DNA of 63,621 nucleotides, the filler included, from Chiloscyllium plagiosum (taxonomy: Eukaryota): NCBI RefSeq assembly GCF_004010195.1. It is 4 parts of one record of this genome, joined end to end, with 100 filler letters (N's around TTAATTAATTAA, not from the genome) between each part and the next. Parts side by side here need not be neighbours in the genome. Positions count along the whole stretch, not along the records: positions 46,610 to 59,226 come from NC_057716.1; positions 59,327 to 63,621 come from NC_057716.1; 2 more parts are not named here. One strand, given 5' to 3'. Made by a program: the position numbers and the translations under genes. Of the stretch, positions 50,359-63,249 are shown in pieces (within the stretch, counting starts at the first letter, position 1; every line of letters starts with the position of its first letter). The notes beneath the pieces were generated by a model that worked only from the letters and a program-made list of their open reading frames with translations, was not told the DNA's origin and did not search any database.

Positions 50359-51104
50359 TGACTAAAGCAACTCTTATGTGTATTCCTAAAACAGACTTCA
50401 ACTTCTTTGACAAGATAGTTTGGCTACCTTGAAGGTTTCTCAAGATCTGAATGCACTACTAAAAAAATTCCATTATTGTTTTTGTTTCAAATCAATGATA
50501 AGGGATTTGGTAGCATTGTGGCAGTGTATTTAAATACATAGATTAGCTGGAATTGTTAAATTATTTGTCTGTAATTGGGCTTGTTTATTAAATCTGCCTT
50601 ATCACATTCCACAATAGACCTTTTTATTCCTTGTGATAAATTTTCGCCAATCAAATTCAACTGAATAAAAACTCACACAAAGAACAAATGAGCCTCAGTT
50701 GATAAATGTGCGGAACCATTTTTAATAAGTCCCTTAGGGAAGTTGTTCTTAATAATTAGACTGGATAGATGACGCTTTGAAGTAACACACTAAGGCTCCT
50801 GGACTGAATGTCCTGTCTGGCTTACAACATCATTCAGTTTTTAGATCACAAGGGATCCCATCAAATTTATGGAGCAGCAGATAAAATATCACTCCACTTC
50901 ACTGGAATGCACTGACTTAAAAGAACAGAAAAGTATATTGGCAGAATTTGGAACTTGTGATTTAAAACCAGTGCAAATGATTTTGTAAGACACTCGGTAA
51001 CCTTTTGCAAGGTGTCTTGAGCTTGACCTTTATTTCTCTGTAAAGGTTTTCCCTAAAATTCCTCTCATGGCTGCTTGATCTCTGAGTGGCAAGTGCCCCC
51101 GTGA

Positions 51105-51289
51105 GCAAACTGAAAGAACTGTGGATGATGTTACTCAGAAATAAAAACGCAAGTTGTTGGAAAAGCTCAGCAGGTCTGGCAGCATCTGTGGAGAGAAATC
51201 AGAGCTTACACTTCGGGTCCAGTAACCCTTTCTCAGAACTTCACAGATGCTGCCAGACCTGCTGAAATTTTCCAGCAAGTTCTATTTTT
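51105..51289. mobile_element. PLE-derived fold-back (second family)
   Basis: tggaaaagctcagcaggtctggcagcatctgtg vs cacagatgctgccagacctgctgaaattttcca; imperfect 15-bp flanking repeat tgcccc(c/t)gtga(g/a)caa. Confidence 0.78.
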
Positions 51290-51777
51290 GCCCCTGTGAA
51301 CAAGATAACTTCTGATACCAAAACAGAGAATTCTGTAAGTATTTAGTGGGTCAGACAGCTTCTATGGGGAAAAACACTGTACATGGTCAGAATATTACAT
51401 ACATCTTCTGGGAGTGTTTTGGGATAAGAGCATGTAAAATAGATTGGCTGCTTAGCCTAGCATCTTCCCATCTAACATTTGAGCTAACTCTCCCAATACA
51501 GATACTGAAAATAGCAAAATACCCACCGAAGGTAAGTGAATATTTAAGGGTCAATTGAGGTTGTCAAAAACTCAACTGACTCTGATAAAAGTTACCAATG
51601 CTGAAATACAACTGATGTGGATGGGAATGGACATATTTTTTAAAAGAACTATGCAAACAAAACCAACAAGGACGGGAAAACCTAATTCAGGGGCTGTGTG
51701 TGCTGGGAGCATGGGATGCAATCCCTGAACTTCTTTCAATGTTATGCACCTAACAGATCCTCACATCCCACTCTCCA

Positions 51778-51912
51778 ACACACACATACACACACACAGG
51801 CGGACACATGAACACACACACATATACAGAGACACACACACACACGCACACACACAGACACATACTCTCACACACACAAACACTTGCACACAGACACACA
51901 CACAAACACACC
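51778..51912. repeat. Imperfect (CA)n microsatellite
   Basis: Interrupted acacacac tract. Confidence 0.95.
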
Positions 51913-52674
51913 CCTACTTGCCTTGCCAAGCCCATCCCTATCCTATCTTCCCTTCTCGTTCCAGCCGTGATACTCTTCAGACCTTCACTGCAGCTTCAGG
52001 AGTATCCATTATTGTTCCAAAGAAATCCATATGGGTTCCAATTTGTAGATGCTACATGCTGCTACCATTATGCTCTGGTATTGGAGGGAATAAATGGTGG
52101 ATGGGGTAATGTCCAAATGAGTGACTTTGTCCTGCCGGTTGTCGAGTTACTCAGGTGAAGTTGGAGTTGCACCCAACCAGACAATAAGGTGTTTTTCATC
52201 ACATTCCTGACTTGGTCTTTGTGGGGAAACATTTTGTTGCATCACATGTGACTCACGTTTTGGAAAATCCACAGTCTCTGACCAGATCTTGGAGCCACAG
52301 AGTTTATGAAAGTGATCCATCAGATTTTTGGTCACAGGTAATCAGAGGAGGTTGATGGTAGGGGATTCTGCTATAATAATGATATTTATGTTTTTTTGGA
52401 GATAGTCATTGCTTAGCATCAGTGTGGCAGATACATTATTTGCCATTACCAGCCTGTACCCGATGGTTATCCTGGTCATGTTGTATGGAGACATGAACTG
52501 ACCCAAGTACCTAAAGAGTCCAGAATGATGCCAAATATTGTGCAATCGTCAATGAATGAGCCCACTGCTGACTTTATGTTAGAAGGAAGATCATTAAAGA
52601 AGAAGTTGAGGATGGCTGGGCCTGAAAGGTTAATTTGAGGAGCTCATGTTGCTATTTACTGGAGCTGTGATGTT

Positions 52675-52966
52675 TAGATTAGATTACTTACAGTGTGGAA
52701 ACAGGCCCTTTGGCCCAACAAGTCCACACCAACCCACAACCCACCCAGACCCATTCCCCTACCCCTACAGGCAATTTAGCATGGTCAATTCACCTAACCT
52801 GCACATTTTTGGACTTTGGGAGGAAACCAGAGCACCTGGAGGAAACCCATGCAGACACGGGGAGAATGTGCAAACTCCACACAGTCAGTCGCCTGAGGTG
52901 GGAATTGAACCCAGATCTCTGGCGGTGTGAGGCAGCAGTGCTAACCACTGTGCCACTGTGCTGCCT
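52675..52966 (-). mobile_element. HE1-like V-SINE
   Basis: Near-identical to 42818-43142. Confidence 0.92.
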
Positions 52967-53099
52967 AACAACCACAAGCCTTTCCCTTTATTTCAGACCT
53001 CATGCTTGCAATTGTCTGATATAGAAATAATGGGATCAGTGACATCCTTCAATGCTTCACGAAACTGTGATTTGGGACAGATATAAGGCAGCTAGATTT

Positions 53100-53405
53100 A
53101 GAATTCCTAAAGTGTAGAAGCAGGCCATTTGGCCCATCTAGTCCACATCAACCTTCTGAAGTTCTGGCCAGACCAACTCCCTCCCCCCAACCTGAATGTT
53201 CCCATGGCCAATCCACCTAGTTTGCACATCCCTGAATACAACTTAGCACATCTTTGGACAGTGGAAGGAAACCAGAGCACCCAAAGGGGAACCCAAACAG
53301 ACAAGGGATAATGTGCAAACTCCACACAGTCATCCATGATGAAATTGAACACAAGTCCCTGGTGCTGTGAGGCAGTAGTGCTAACCACTGAGCCACTGTA
53401 CCATC
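53100..53405 (-). mobile_element. HE1-like V-SINE (older)
   Basis: gtgctgtgaggcagtagtgctaaccactgagccac on +; V core. Confidence 0.85.
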
Positions 53406-53774
53406 CTTTTTACTAACCCAAAAGGTTTATCCTATCAAAGTAGTTTCTGTTGTATTCTTTAAAATAACTTTTTCCAAAAGCTAAATACTACCTGTGTGGA
53501 AAATCTCAAAGACAAACAGAAAATGCTGTAAATACTTGGCAAGTTAGGAATTAACTGTGAAGAATGAAACAGAGTTAAGACCTTGAATTTTCCAAGGAGC
53601 GGTAATCATGATCACATTGTTGCTCAGCTCGAACTTTCCCCTGCCTTAATGCTGCTCTGTAGTTCTTGCCCGTCTTTCTGTGTTTGCTTTCCCTGAAATG
53701 CAGAACACATCATCCGTTTAAGAACTCTATCACAGCAGGTTACCTTCCAGCCAAAGATAACACATGCCCATTTT

Positions 53775-54778
53775 TTAAAGCATCCACATTTTTCCTATAA
53801 TAGGGCAGCCAGAACTGGACACAGTATTCCAAGTGCAGTCTAACCAAAGTTTTATAGACCTGCAACAAGATCTCACGGCTCTTAAACTCAATCCCCCTGT
53901 TAATGAAAGCCAAAACACCATATGCTTTCTTAACAACCCTATCCACCTGGGTGGCAATTTTAAGGGATCTATGTACCTGCACACCAAGATCCCCCTGTTC
54001 CTCCACTGAGTAATCCTGTACTCAACTTTCAAATTCGACCTTCCAAAATGCATCACCTCGCATTTATCCAGGTTGAACTCCATCTGCCACCTCTCAGCCC
54101 ATCTCTGCATCCTGTCAAGTCACGCTGCAGCCTACAACAGTCCTCTATACTGTCAATGACACCTCCAACCTTTGTGTCCTCTGCAAACTTGCTAACCTAT
54201 CCTTCAATCTCCTCATCATAGTCATTAATAAAAATTACAAAGAGTAGAGGCCCAAGAACAGAGCCCTGTGGAACACCTCTGTGGAACACCAGAGAGCACC
54301 TCTGGGCCACCCGGACGAACCAACCCAACCACCCTGTAGCACAGCATTTCAACTCCCCCTCCCACTCCACCGAGGATATGCAGGTCATTGGACTCATCCA
54401 CCGCCAAACCACAACAACGCGACGGTCGGAGGAGGAGCGTCTTATCTTCCGACTGGGAACCCTCCAACCACAGGGGATGAACTTATAAAGTTTCAACTTT
54501 GATCTCCAGCATCTGCAGACCTCACTTTCTCCTGTGGAACACCACTCACACTGACTTCCAGGCAGAATATTTTGCTTCCACTACCACTCACTGCCTTCTG
54601 TTGACCAGCCAATTCTGTATCCAGACAGCTAAATTTCCCTGTATCCCATTCCTCCTGACCTTCTGAACGAGCCTACCATGGGGAACCTTATCAAATCCCT
54701 TGCTGAAGTCCATATGCACCACATCCACTGCTCGACCCTCATCAACTTGTCTAGTAACATCCTCAAAGAACTAAATAA
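53775..54778 (-). mobile_element. CR1 RT fragment interrupted by a PLE piece
   Basis: [50 protein letters not shown]. Confidence 0.92.
54278..54532 (+). mobile_element. Neptune-type PLE fragment (GIY-YIG C-terminus joined to the element terminus)
   Basis: EHLWATRTNQPNHPVAQHFNSPSHS...EEERLIFRLGTLQPQGMN; TSD cctgtggaacacc at 54265-54277 and 54531-54543. Confidence 0.88.
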
Positions 54779-55111
54779 CATCCTGTTGACCAGGGTTTGA
54801 GGCTGGGATGCAAGACAATGACTTTAGTCTTCCTGATTACAATTAGAGGAACTTTTGCCTAGTATTAGATAGCTGGCCTGATAACTTTGCAACCGTGGAA
54901 GAGGTGAGAAGGATCATTGTAGCAGTCAAATGTAATAGTGTGTTTTCCGATGGTGTGTTCAAATGACGAGCATCATGAAAATAAGAAATAAGAAAACATT
55001 AAGAATGATTGTTGTGGGGAATCAGAGACAATGGGGCAGGAGCAGAACAAAAGTGATATCCAGGCTGTGATTAGGCTTATGGGAATCAAACCAAGAGAGA
55101 GTAGTCCAGAC

Positions 55112-55255
55112 TGAAAACAAAAAGTGCTGGAGCTGAAACTCTGATGAAGTCATCTAGACTGGAAACTTTCTCTCCTTGGATGCTGCCTGACCCGTTGTAA
55201 TCTCCAGCACTTCTTCTTTACCCCTCAGATTCCAGCATTTGCAATAATTTGCTCT
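55112..55255. mobile_element. PLE-derived insert with short inverted arm
   Basis: aagtgctggag vs ctccagcactt; ctgatgaagtcatctagactggaaa core-like. Confidence 0.6.
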
Positions 55256-56249
55256 GACTTAAGAGTCCGACTTGGCTGGACAATACATAGACATGTCAGT
55301 GGAGGATTTTGTGGACAAGCAGGTTACATAGGTCAGAAAAGTCTTGAGAAGTTCTTTGCTAAAAAAAAGACTACTTAGAAATCTTTAGCCTTCAAATTTC
55401 TTGTAATGTATAAACACAGCAGCAGAGTCACCATGAGACATTTCTGAAGTATTAAGATTCTCTGAGTGTAACACATGAAATTTTTTCTCCTCATATCTAC
55501 ATTTCTGTAATGAGAATGGGAAGTGGGATTTCCCATAACTTATATCAGGTTCTTTTGCTGTGTAATGAAATCTGACAGAAGATATTTTCCTTTTTAGTCC
55601 ACTCTGCCTTCAGGAGGTACTCAGAGCTTGCAAAATTGAACTCCTCCCCTATTATGGCTCACAAAATTGAACTGATAAGCTGTTTTATGGATGTTCCATC
55701 CCTGTATGGCTTGGAGCCACTATTGAAAACAGATACACAGATGGGAGTATTCTGTGTGTGCACAAAGGGTCAGAACAAGACATAGGAATGAGCTGCACTT
55801 GATACCACTGTTCTGAAATAGGCTCATCACATTATTGAGAGAAAAAAAAAACACCTGCTTTGCTGTCTATCAGAAGGTAACTGGTGTCTGTGACATAACA
55901 GCCAAGCAGAGATTGGGAATTTGGGCGTTTTAGAAATGGATGGACGAGGGTTGGTGTGATGCATAAACACTGACAATGGACTGAATGGCCTGTTGCTATA
56001 CTGTGACAAACAGTATCCATCCTTCTCTGCTTTGATCTCATGAGCATGTGATCTATTTTGTTAACAGGAAATTGGAACAGCGTTCGCCCTCTTGACCTGG
56101 AAGAAGTCACTTCCACAGAAGTTTCCACTTCAACAAGAAGCTTGCACTTGTGTGTTACTTAGACCATTGCAAAATGTCCTAAGGCACTTCAACATCACCA
56201 AACAAAAAAATCACAAAAAGAGCCATTGGCAGTGGTGCCATGTCATAAA

Positions 56250-56600
56250 ACAGGGAGGTGGTGCGTTGAAATGACAGGCAACAGGAATCTCAGGGTCTTT
56301 TTTTGCAGACTGAACCTCGGTGTTCTGCAAGGTGGTCGCTTAGCTTGTGCTTATCTCCCCAGTGTCGAGGAGACCACAAAGAGAGCAGAGAATACAGAAG
56401 ACTAGATTGAGCGAAGCACAGTTAAATTGCTGCTTCACCTGGAAAGTATTTCTACGACCTTCAATGTTGAGGAGGGAAGAAGAATACAGGCAGCTGTTAC
56501 ACCTTCTGTGGTTGCAGGGAAGGGGCTTTGAGATCAGGGAGAGTTGAGGTTGGAAGTGAAGGAGGAGTGGACCAATGTTCCAGAGGCAAAGGTTCCTGTA
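56250..56600 (-). mobile_element. Decayed Neptune-type PLE Cys-rich linker and GIY-YIG N-terminus
   Basis: PCNHRRCNSC...FQVKQQFNCASLNLVFCILCSLCGLLDTGE. Confidence 0.8.
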
Positions 56601-56676
56601 AAAGTGGAGAGTGTAGTGCTGGAAAAGCACAGCAGTCAGGCAGCATCCAAGAAGCAGGAGGGCTGATGAAAGGCTA

Positions 56677-56811
56677 TAGAACATAGAACAATACAACACA
56701 GAACAGGCCCTTCGGCCCTCGCTGTTGTGCCGACCTGTGGACTATTCTCAGCTCGTCCCCCTACACTATCCCAAAAATCATCCATGAGCTTATCTAAGGA
56801 TGTCTTATCTA
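56677..56811 (-). mobile_element. CR1 3' tail
   Basis: atagaacatagaacaatacaacacagaacaggcccttcggccc. Confidence 0.85.
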
Positions 56812-59226
56812 AGTCGTGGTCCACATAGGCACCAACGACATAGGTAGGAAGAGAGATGGGGATTTAAGGCAGAAATTCAGGGAGCTAGGGTGGAAGCTAA
56901 GAGCTAAGGCGAACACAGTTGTTGTGTCTGGTTTGTTGCCCGTGCCACGTGCTAGTGAGGCAAGGAATAGGGAGAGAGAGGAGTTGAACACATGGCTACA
57001 GGGTTGGTGCAGGAGGGAGGGTTTTGGATTCTTGGATAGCTGGGGCTCTTTCTGGGGTAGGTAGACCTCTACAAGCAGGATTGTCTTCATCTGAACCAGA
57101 GGGGTACCAATATCCTGGGGGGGAAATTCGCTAAGGCTATTGGGGTGGGTTTAAACTAATCCAGCAGGGGGATGGGAACCAAAATTGTAGTTCAAGTATA
57201 GAAACGGTTGAGAGTAGGGAGGTCCGAAATCAAGTATCAGGGACACAAGATAGCACCGGCAAGGAAGAAGTTGGTTTGAAGTGTGTCTACTTCAACACCA
57301 GGACCATCCGGAATAAGGTGGGTGAACTTGCAGCATGGGTTGGTACCTGGGACTTCGATGTTGTGGTCATTTCGGAGACATGGATAGAGCAGGGACAGGA
57401 ATGGTTGTTGCAGGTTCACTATAGATGGGTCAGTTTTTGTCCAGTGTGTGCAGGATGGCTTCCTGACACAGTATGTAGACAGACCAACGAGGAGTGAAGC
57501 CACATTAGATTTGGTAGTGGGTAATGAGCCCAGCCAGGTGTTAGACTTGGAAGTAGGTGAGCACTTTGATGATAGCAATCACAATTCTGTTATGCTTACT
57601 TTAGTGATAGAAAAGGATAGGTGTATACCACTGGGCAAGAGTTACAGCTGGGGGAAAGGCAATTACAATGCGATTAGGCAAGATTTAGGAAGCTTAGGAT
57701 GGGGAAGGAAACTGTAGGAGATAGGCACATTAGAAATGTGCAGCTTATTCAAGGAAAAGCGACTGTGTGTCCTAGATAAGTATGTACCTGTCAGGCAGGG
57801 AGGAAGCTGTAGACTGCGGGAGCTGTGGTTTACAAAGGAAGTGGAATCTCTGGTCAAGAGGAAGAAGAAGGCTTATGTTAGGATGAGATGTGATGGCTCA
57901 GTTAGGGCGCTTGAGGGTTACAAGGTAGCCAGGGAAAACCAAAAGAGAGAGCTCAGAAGAGCCAGGAGGAGACATGAGAAGTTGTTGGCAGATAGGATCA
58001 GGGTAAGCCCTAAGGCTTTCTATAGGTATTTAAGGAATAAAAGAATGACGAGAGTAAGATTAGGGCCAATCAAGGATAGTAGTGGGAAGTTGTGTGTGGA
58101 GTCAGAGGAGATAGGGGAAGTCCTAAATGAATATTTTTCAACAATATTCAATCTAGAAAATGACAATGTTGTCGAGGAGATTACTGAGATACAGGCTACC
58201 AGACTGGGGGTGGGATTAAGGTTCACAAGGAAGAGGTATTAGAAATCCTGCAGAGTGTGAAAATAATTAAGTCCCCTGGGCCGGATGGGATTTATCCTAG
58301 AATCCTCTGGGAAGCCAAGGAGGAGATTGCCAAGCCATTGGCATTGATCTTTAAATCGTCATTGTCTACAGGAATAGTGCCAGAAGACTGGAGGATAGGA
58401 AATGTGGTTCCCCTGTTCAAGAAGAGGAGTAGAGACAATCCTGGTAATTATAGACCAGTGAACCTTCCTTCAGTTGTTTGTAAAGTGTTGGAAAAGGTTA
58501 TAAGATATAGGATTTATAATCATCTAGAAAAGCATAATTTGATTAGGGATAGTCAGCATGGTTTTGCGAAGGGTAGGTCGTGCCTCACAAACCTTATTGA
58601 GTTCTTTGAGAAGGTGACCAAACAGGTAGATGAGAGTAAACCGGTTGATGTGGTGTATATGGATTTCAGTAAGGTATTCGACAAGGTTCCCCACAGTAGG
58701 CTTTTGTACAAAATGCAGAGGAATGGGATTGTGGGAGATTTAGCAGTTTGGATCAGTAATTGGCTTGCTGAAAGAAGACAGAGGGTGGTGATTGATGGGA
58801 AATGTTCATCCTGGAATCCAGTTACCAGTGGTGTACCGCAAGGGTCGGTGTTGGATCTACTGCTGTTTGTCATGTTTATAAATGACCTGGATGAGGACGT
58901 AGAAGGATGGGTTAGTAAATTTGCAGATGACACTAAGGTCGGTGGAGTTGTGGATAATGACGAAGGATGTTGTAGGTTACAGAGAGACATAGATAAGCTG
59001 CAGAGCTGGGCTGAGAGGTGGCAAATGGAGTTTAATGCGGACAAGTGTGAGGTGATAAACGTGGTGCCACTGTTTAAGAAGGGCGGTAGAGACAAGCCAG
59101 GGAGCTATAGACCAGTGAGCCTGACCTCGGTAGTGGGCAAGTTATTGGAGTGAATCCTGAGGGACAGGATGTACATGTATTTGGAAAGGCAAGGACTGAT
59201 TAAGGATAGTCAACATGGCTTTGTGC
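56812..59226 (+). mobile_element. CR1 LINE: ORF1 end and ORF2 with deletions; 298-aa open RT segment 58257-59153
   Basis: VHIGTNDIGRK; FDVVVISETW; KSPGPDGIYPR...QHGFAKGRSCLTNL...DFSKVFDKVPH...KFADDTK. Confidence 0.95.
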
Positions 59227-59326
59227 NNNNNNNNNNNNNNNNNNNNNNNNNNNNNNNNNNNNNNNNNNNNTTAATTAATTAANNNNNNNNNNNNNNNNNN
59301 NNNNNNNNNNNNNNNNNNNNNNNNNN

Positions 59327-59740
59327 GTTTAGAAGACTGAGAGGGGATCTGATTGAGATATATAAGATTATTAAAGGTTTGGACATTCTGGAGGCAGGAA
59401 ACATGTTTCCGCTGATGGGTGAGTCCTGAACCAGAGGACACAGCTTAAAAATAAGGGGTAGGTCATTTAGGACAGAGATGAGGAGAATCCTCTTCACCCA
59501 GAGAGTGGTGGGTGTGTGGAATGCTTTGCCCCAGAAGGCAGTGGAGGCACAGTCTCTGGATTTGTTTAAGAAAGAGTTGGATAGAGCTGTCAATGATAGT
59601 GGAATCAAGGGTTATGGAGATAAGGCAGGAACAGGATACTGATTGTGGATGATCAGCCATGATCATAATGAATGGTGGTGCAGGCTCGAAGGGCAGAATG
59701 GCCTATTCCTGCACCTATTGTCTATTGTCTATTGTCTATT
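59327..59740 (+). mobile_element. CR1 3' end
   Basis: agactgagaggggatctgattgag; (tattgtc)n tail. Confidence 0.92.
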
Positions 59741-59877
59741 GAACCTGGATCCCTGGTATTGTGAGGCAGCAACACTAACCAGTGAGCCATCATGAGTGTG
59801 TGTGACTGTGTTTAGCTGTTGTTTGACTCCTCTATTGGACAATTCTCCTCAGTTTACTACAATCCACCAGAATGGGG

Positions 59878-60243
59878 TGATATGGTGGCTCAGTAGTGGG
59901 TTTCCTTCAGTTACCTCCCATAGTCCAAAGACATGCAGCTGAGGTAGAACGGCTGTGGGAAATGCAGGGTTATAGGGTGAGGAGTTGACAGTGTGGTGCT
60001 GGAAAAGCACACCAAGTCAGGCAGCATCTGAGGAGCAGAGAATCGCTTGACATTGATTCTCCTGTTCCTCGGACACTGCCTGATCTGCTGTGCTTTTCCA
60101 GCACCGCACTCACGACTCTGATTTCCAGCATCTGCAGCCCTCACTTTCTCCTTAGAGGGTGGGGAGGTGAGTCTGAGTGGAATGTTTTTTAGAGGGACTC
60201 GATGGGCCAAATGACCTTCTTACACACTGTCGAGATTCTATGA
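59878..60243 (+). mobile_element. Deleted V-SINE containing a PLE fold-back (~59985-60151)
   Basis: gtggtgctggaaaagcaca vs tgtgcttttccagcaccgc; flanks tatagggtgaggag / tagagggtggggag. Confidence 0.8.
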
Positions 60244-63200
60244 TGAACTTAGTAGGGAGGATGCCAATGGGGCTGGGCTCACCATTATCTCTTTCCCAGT
60301 GTCTCTGTTGATGCGAGGTGATCTGTCTGGTTTCATTTATTTTAACTTTTCTGTAATGGTTTGATACAACTGCTTGTTTCCTTGGCCATTTCAGAGGGCA
60401 TTTAGAGTAATTGAAAGCACCAAACCAGGTAAAGGTGGGTATATCATTCCTTTAAAGGTATTAATGAATGAGATGGGTTTTTCTAACAATTGGCAATGTT
60501 TTATGTTGCAGACACCAAATTTTAATTTCAAATTTATTTATTAAATTTAAATACCACCAAACAATATGGTAGGATTTTGAACTCTTAATTTCCCGGACCA
60601 TTTGACTGGATCTGTGGGATGCAACCACGTCAATGGGTTGGGAAATTACATTTCTGTAGCTAAAAGCTAGCAATTGCAGATATGAAATCTCAGTCCTTTA
60701 GAATTTAATTGTTGTTCGAGATTTTAAAAATATGGAATTTAAGTTGAATTCCCTTTTTCATTAAAATTACAACAATTTGATCATCTTAATTCAAGTCTAA
60801 ATTTTGACCAATCACACTCACTAAAGTGGGAAACATGAGGGAATATAGAGTATTAACCATACAATAAAGCTGTAAAAGTATAGAATTTAAATTGAATTTC
60901 CTTTTACATTATCCTTCTGCTTTTTTTTTTGTTTTTGTTTACCTCTCTTAATATTTCTCTCTCTTCATTTCTTTACCTTATTTGGCATTGAAATTGCCCA
61001 CATTATCTTCATCTTTGCAATATTCAGATAAGAGTGGACCACCGGCATTATCAGTGGTGCAGGACATGTTCAGAGTTAACTCAATTTATCTGTTTGTATA
61101 AAAAAAAATCCTCCCTAATGTTTCCTACTGTTGGGTAGTCAAACTGGTTAAAATATTCTGGAGCAATATTTCATTGAAAGATGCTTGACTACAGCACAAG
61201 AAAACAATTCCTCTCTGCTTGGTCAACTCTCTTTCAGACACTGAGCTAAGGTTGGGTCTGAATTCATAATTAGTTCAATGAGGATTTTTTTTTTACTTTC
61301 CATCAATTGTATCAAGCATTAGCAGGCATGATATAACACTGTTCAGTGGCATTGTAAATCACCCTTAGTTTAATGCCTCATAATATTTAAAATATGTGCT
61401 TCAGAGGAGTACTGTATCAACATAGTGTTTCTGTTTATACGTTATATATACATTAATTCATGGTGTCTCATCTCCTCCAGATTAATTGAGCAAGTCCATG
61501 GTACACAATGCCTCTACTTGCTCATGTATCACATAAACCGACATTAGTTACTGCTTCCCCATTAACAGAGAAACTACTTGTCTGTTCATGATGAATGACA
61601 GGTATCAGAAATTTCCTCAGCATTACAACTTGAAGTCAAGATATTTTTGTGAGGAATTAAAGCTTTTACTATGCGTAAAAGATTGTGGGAAACTCAGGTA
61701 CAAGTATGTTAGGACTGCAATTAAATCATGCACGAATTTCCTTGTCCTTTTACGCCCATCTGTTGTTTCCGAACTGAAATTCTTGTTTTCCATTATGCCA
61801 TGTTTGGACATTTCTAATCTGTTTTTTGTAAAGCCGTAGCAATGAATCCACCCTTATCAAATTGTTTTTTTTAAGTTCATGTGTTAACTCCTATGCAAAA
61901 TGCAACTTGAGTCATAGAATGGCTGCATCCCATGTGAATGAGCCCTTTTCCTGAAATTGTGGCTAAAATATTAGCCACTAAGAGATTAAGGATATTTTTT
62001 CTGGTCTTTTATTGCGAAGCCTGAGTGATTTAAAAGGAATTTATCTACACCACTGTATTTTCTATTTCTTTTATTGCATTTTATTTTCTCATTACAATTT
62101 CAATTAAAAATGTAAAAGCTTCCACATTCATATTCATAAAAATGCTACAATTCATATTTCAAGTCATTCATAAGCATGAATGATAGATGACCTGAAAGTC
62201 TAGTTTTCGTACTATTTTGATAAAATTGAATTGTTATGATATGAAATTTCAAAAGGAAATTAAACAAATAAGTTAAAAGGAAAAGTTTAGGACTAGTTGG
62301 AAAGACCAGGGGAGTGTGATAGTCCTTTCAAAAAGCCATTTTGGGCCGAATGGCCATTTTCCTCATGGTATGTTTCAAGGACTATTAAAGGATTGTATGA
62401 GTTACAAGTTGTTTGTACTTGTTTATACTCTACATTTCCTCGTGTATCCCACTTTAACAAGTGTGGTCAAAATTTTGATTTGAACTAAGATTACCAAATT
62501 TTTGTAATTTCAAACAAAGAATGAGAATGCTAGAGAAACTCAACAAGTCTGGCAACAACTGGGGAGAAAGGAACAATATTTTGTCTTCAGAAATGAATAA
62601 GTCATATAGACTTGAATCATTACCTGTGTTTCTCTCTACACAGATGCTGTCAAACCTGCTGAGTTTATTCACCAGTTTCAGATTTCCAGAATTTGCAACA
62701 TTTTACTTTTATTCAAATGTAGCTACCCAATTATGCCACCAAAGTAAATCCGGTTAACTTTCATTGTTTCCATATCGAATTCTCTTGGAAGTGACATTTA
62801 AGGAAAGATTCGATTCCATTAACTTTGTGTTTCAAGAGAGGCTGAAGTTCATTTTGCATAGTTGTCACCAGCAGCAATCTTTAAGAGCAGTGTGAGCTCA
62901 TAACACAGAGTGTTAACCTCACTGCACAATTACATCACTAACTACTGTTAGGGTTACAGTACTACAGGAAGAAAATGATTGCACTGGAGTGAATACAGAG
63001 GAGAATTGCAAGAATGCTACCAAGACTGGAAAATATTAATTATGATGAGAGATTTGGTAGTCTCGAGTTGTTTCTTTTGAACACAGATTATTGAGCTGAG
63101 ATTTGTAAAATTATGCAGTGCCTAGTTCAAGTGGGTAGGAAGGATCTATTAGGAAAGATGTTAATAGCTAGGAGATATGGATTTAATGTAGTTGTTAGAA

Positions 63201-63249
63201 TAATTGGGGTGCTTGAGAAGTTTAAAAAATGATAGAACTTTTCAGTAGA

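Noticed and set aside
51744..52158. His/Thr-rich ORFs
   Set aside because: Translations of the (CA)n microsatellite plus an old LINE.
58257..59153. Active or domesticated reverse transcriptase gene
   Set aside because: The upstream endonuclease region is deleted and frameshifted and the C-terminus is chimeric; it is an ordinary CR1 remnant.
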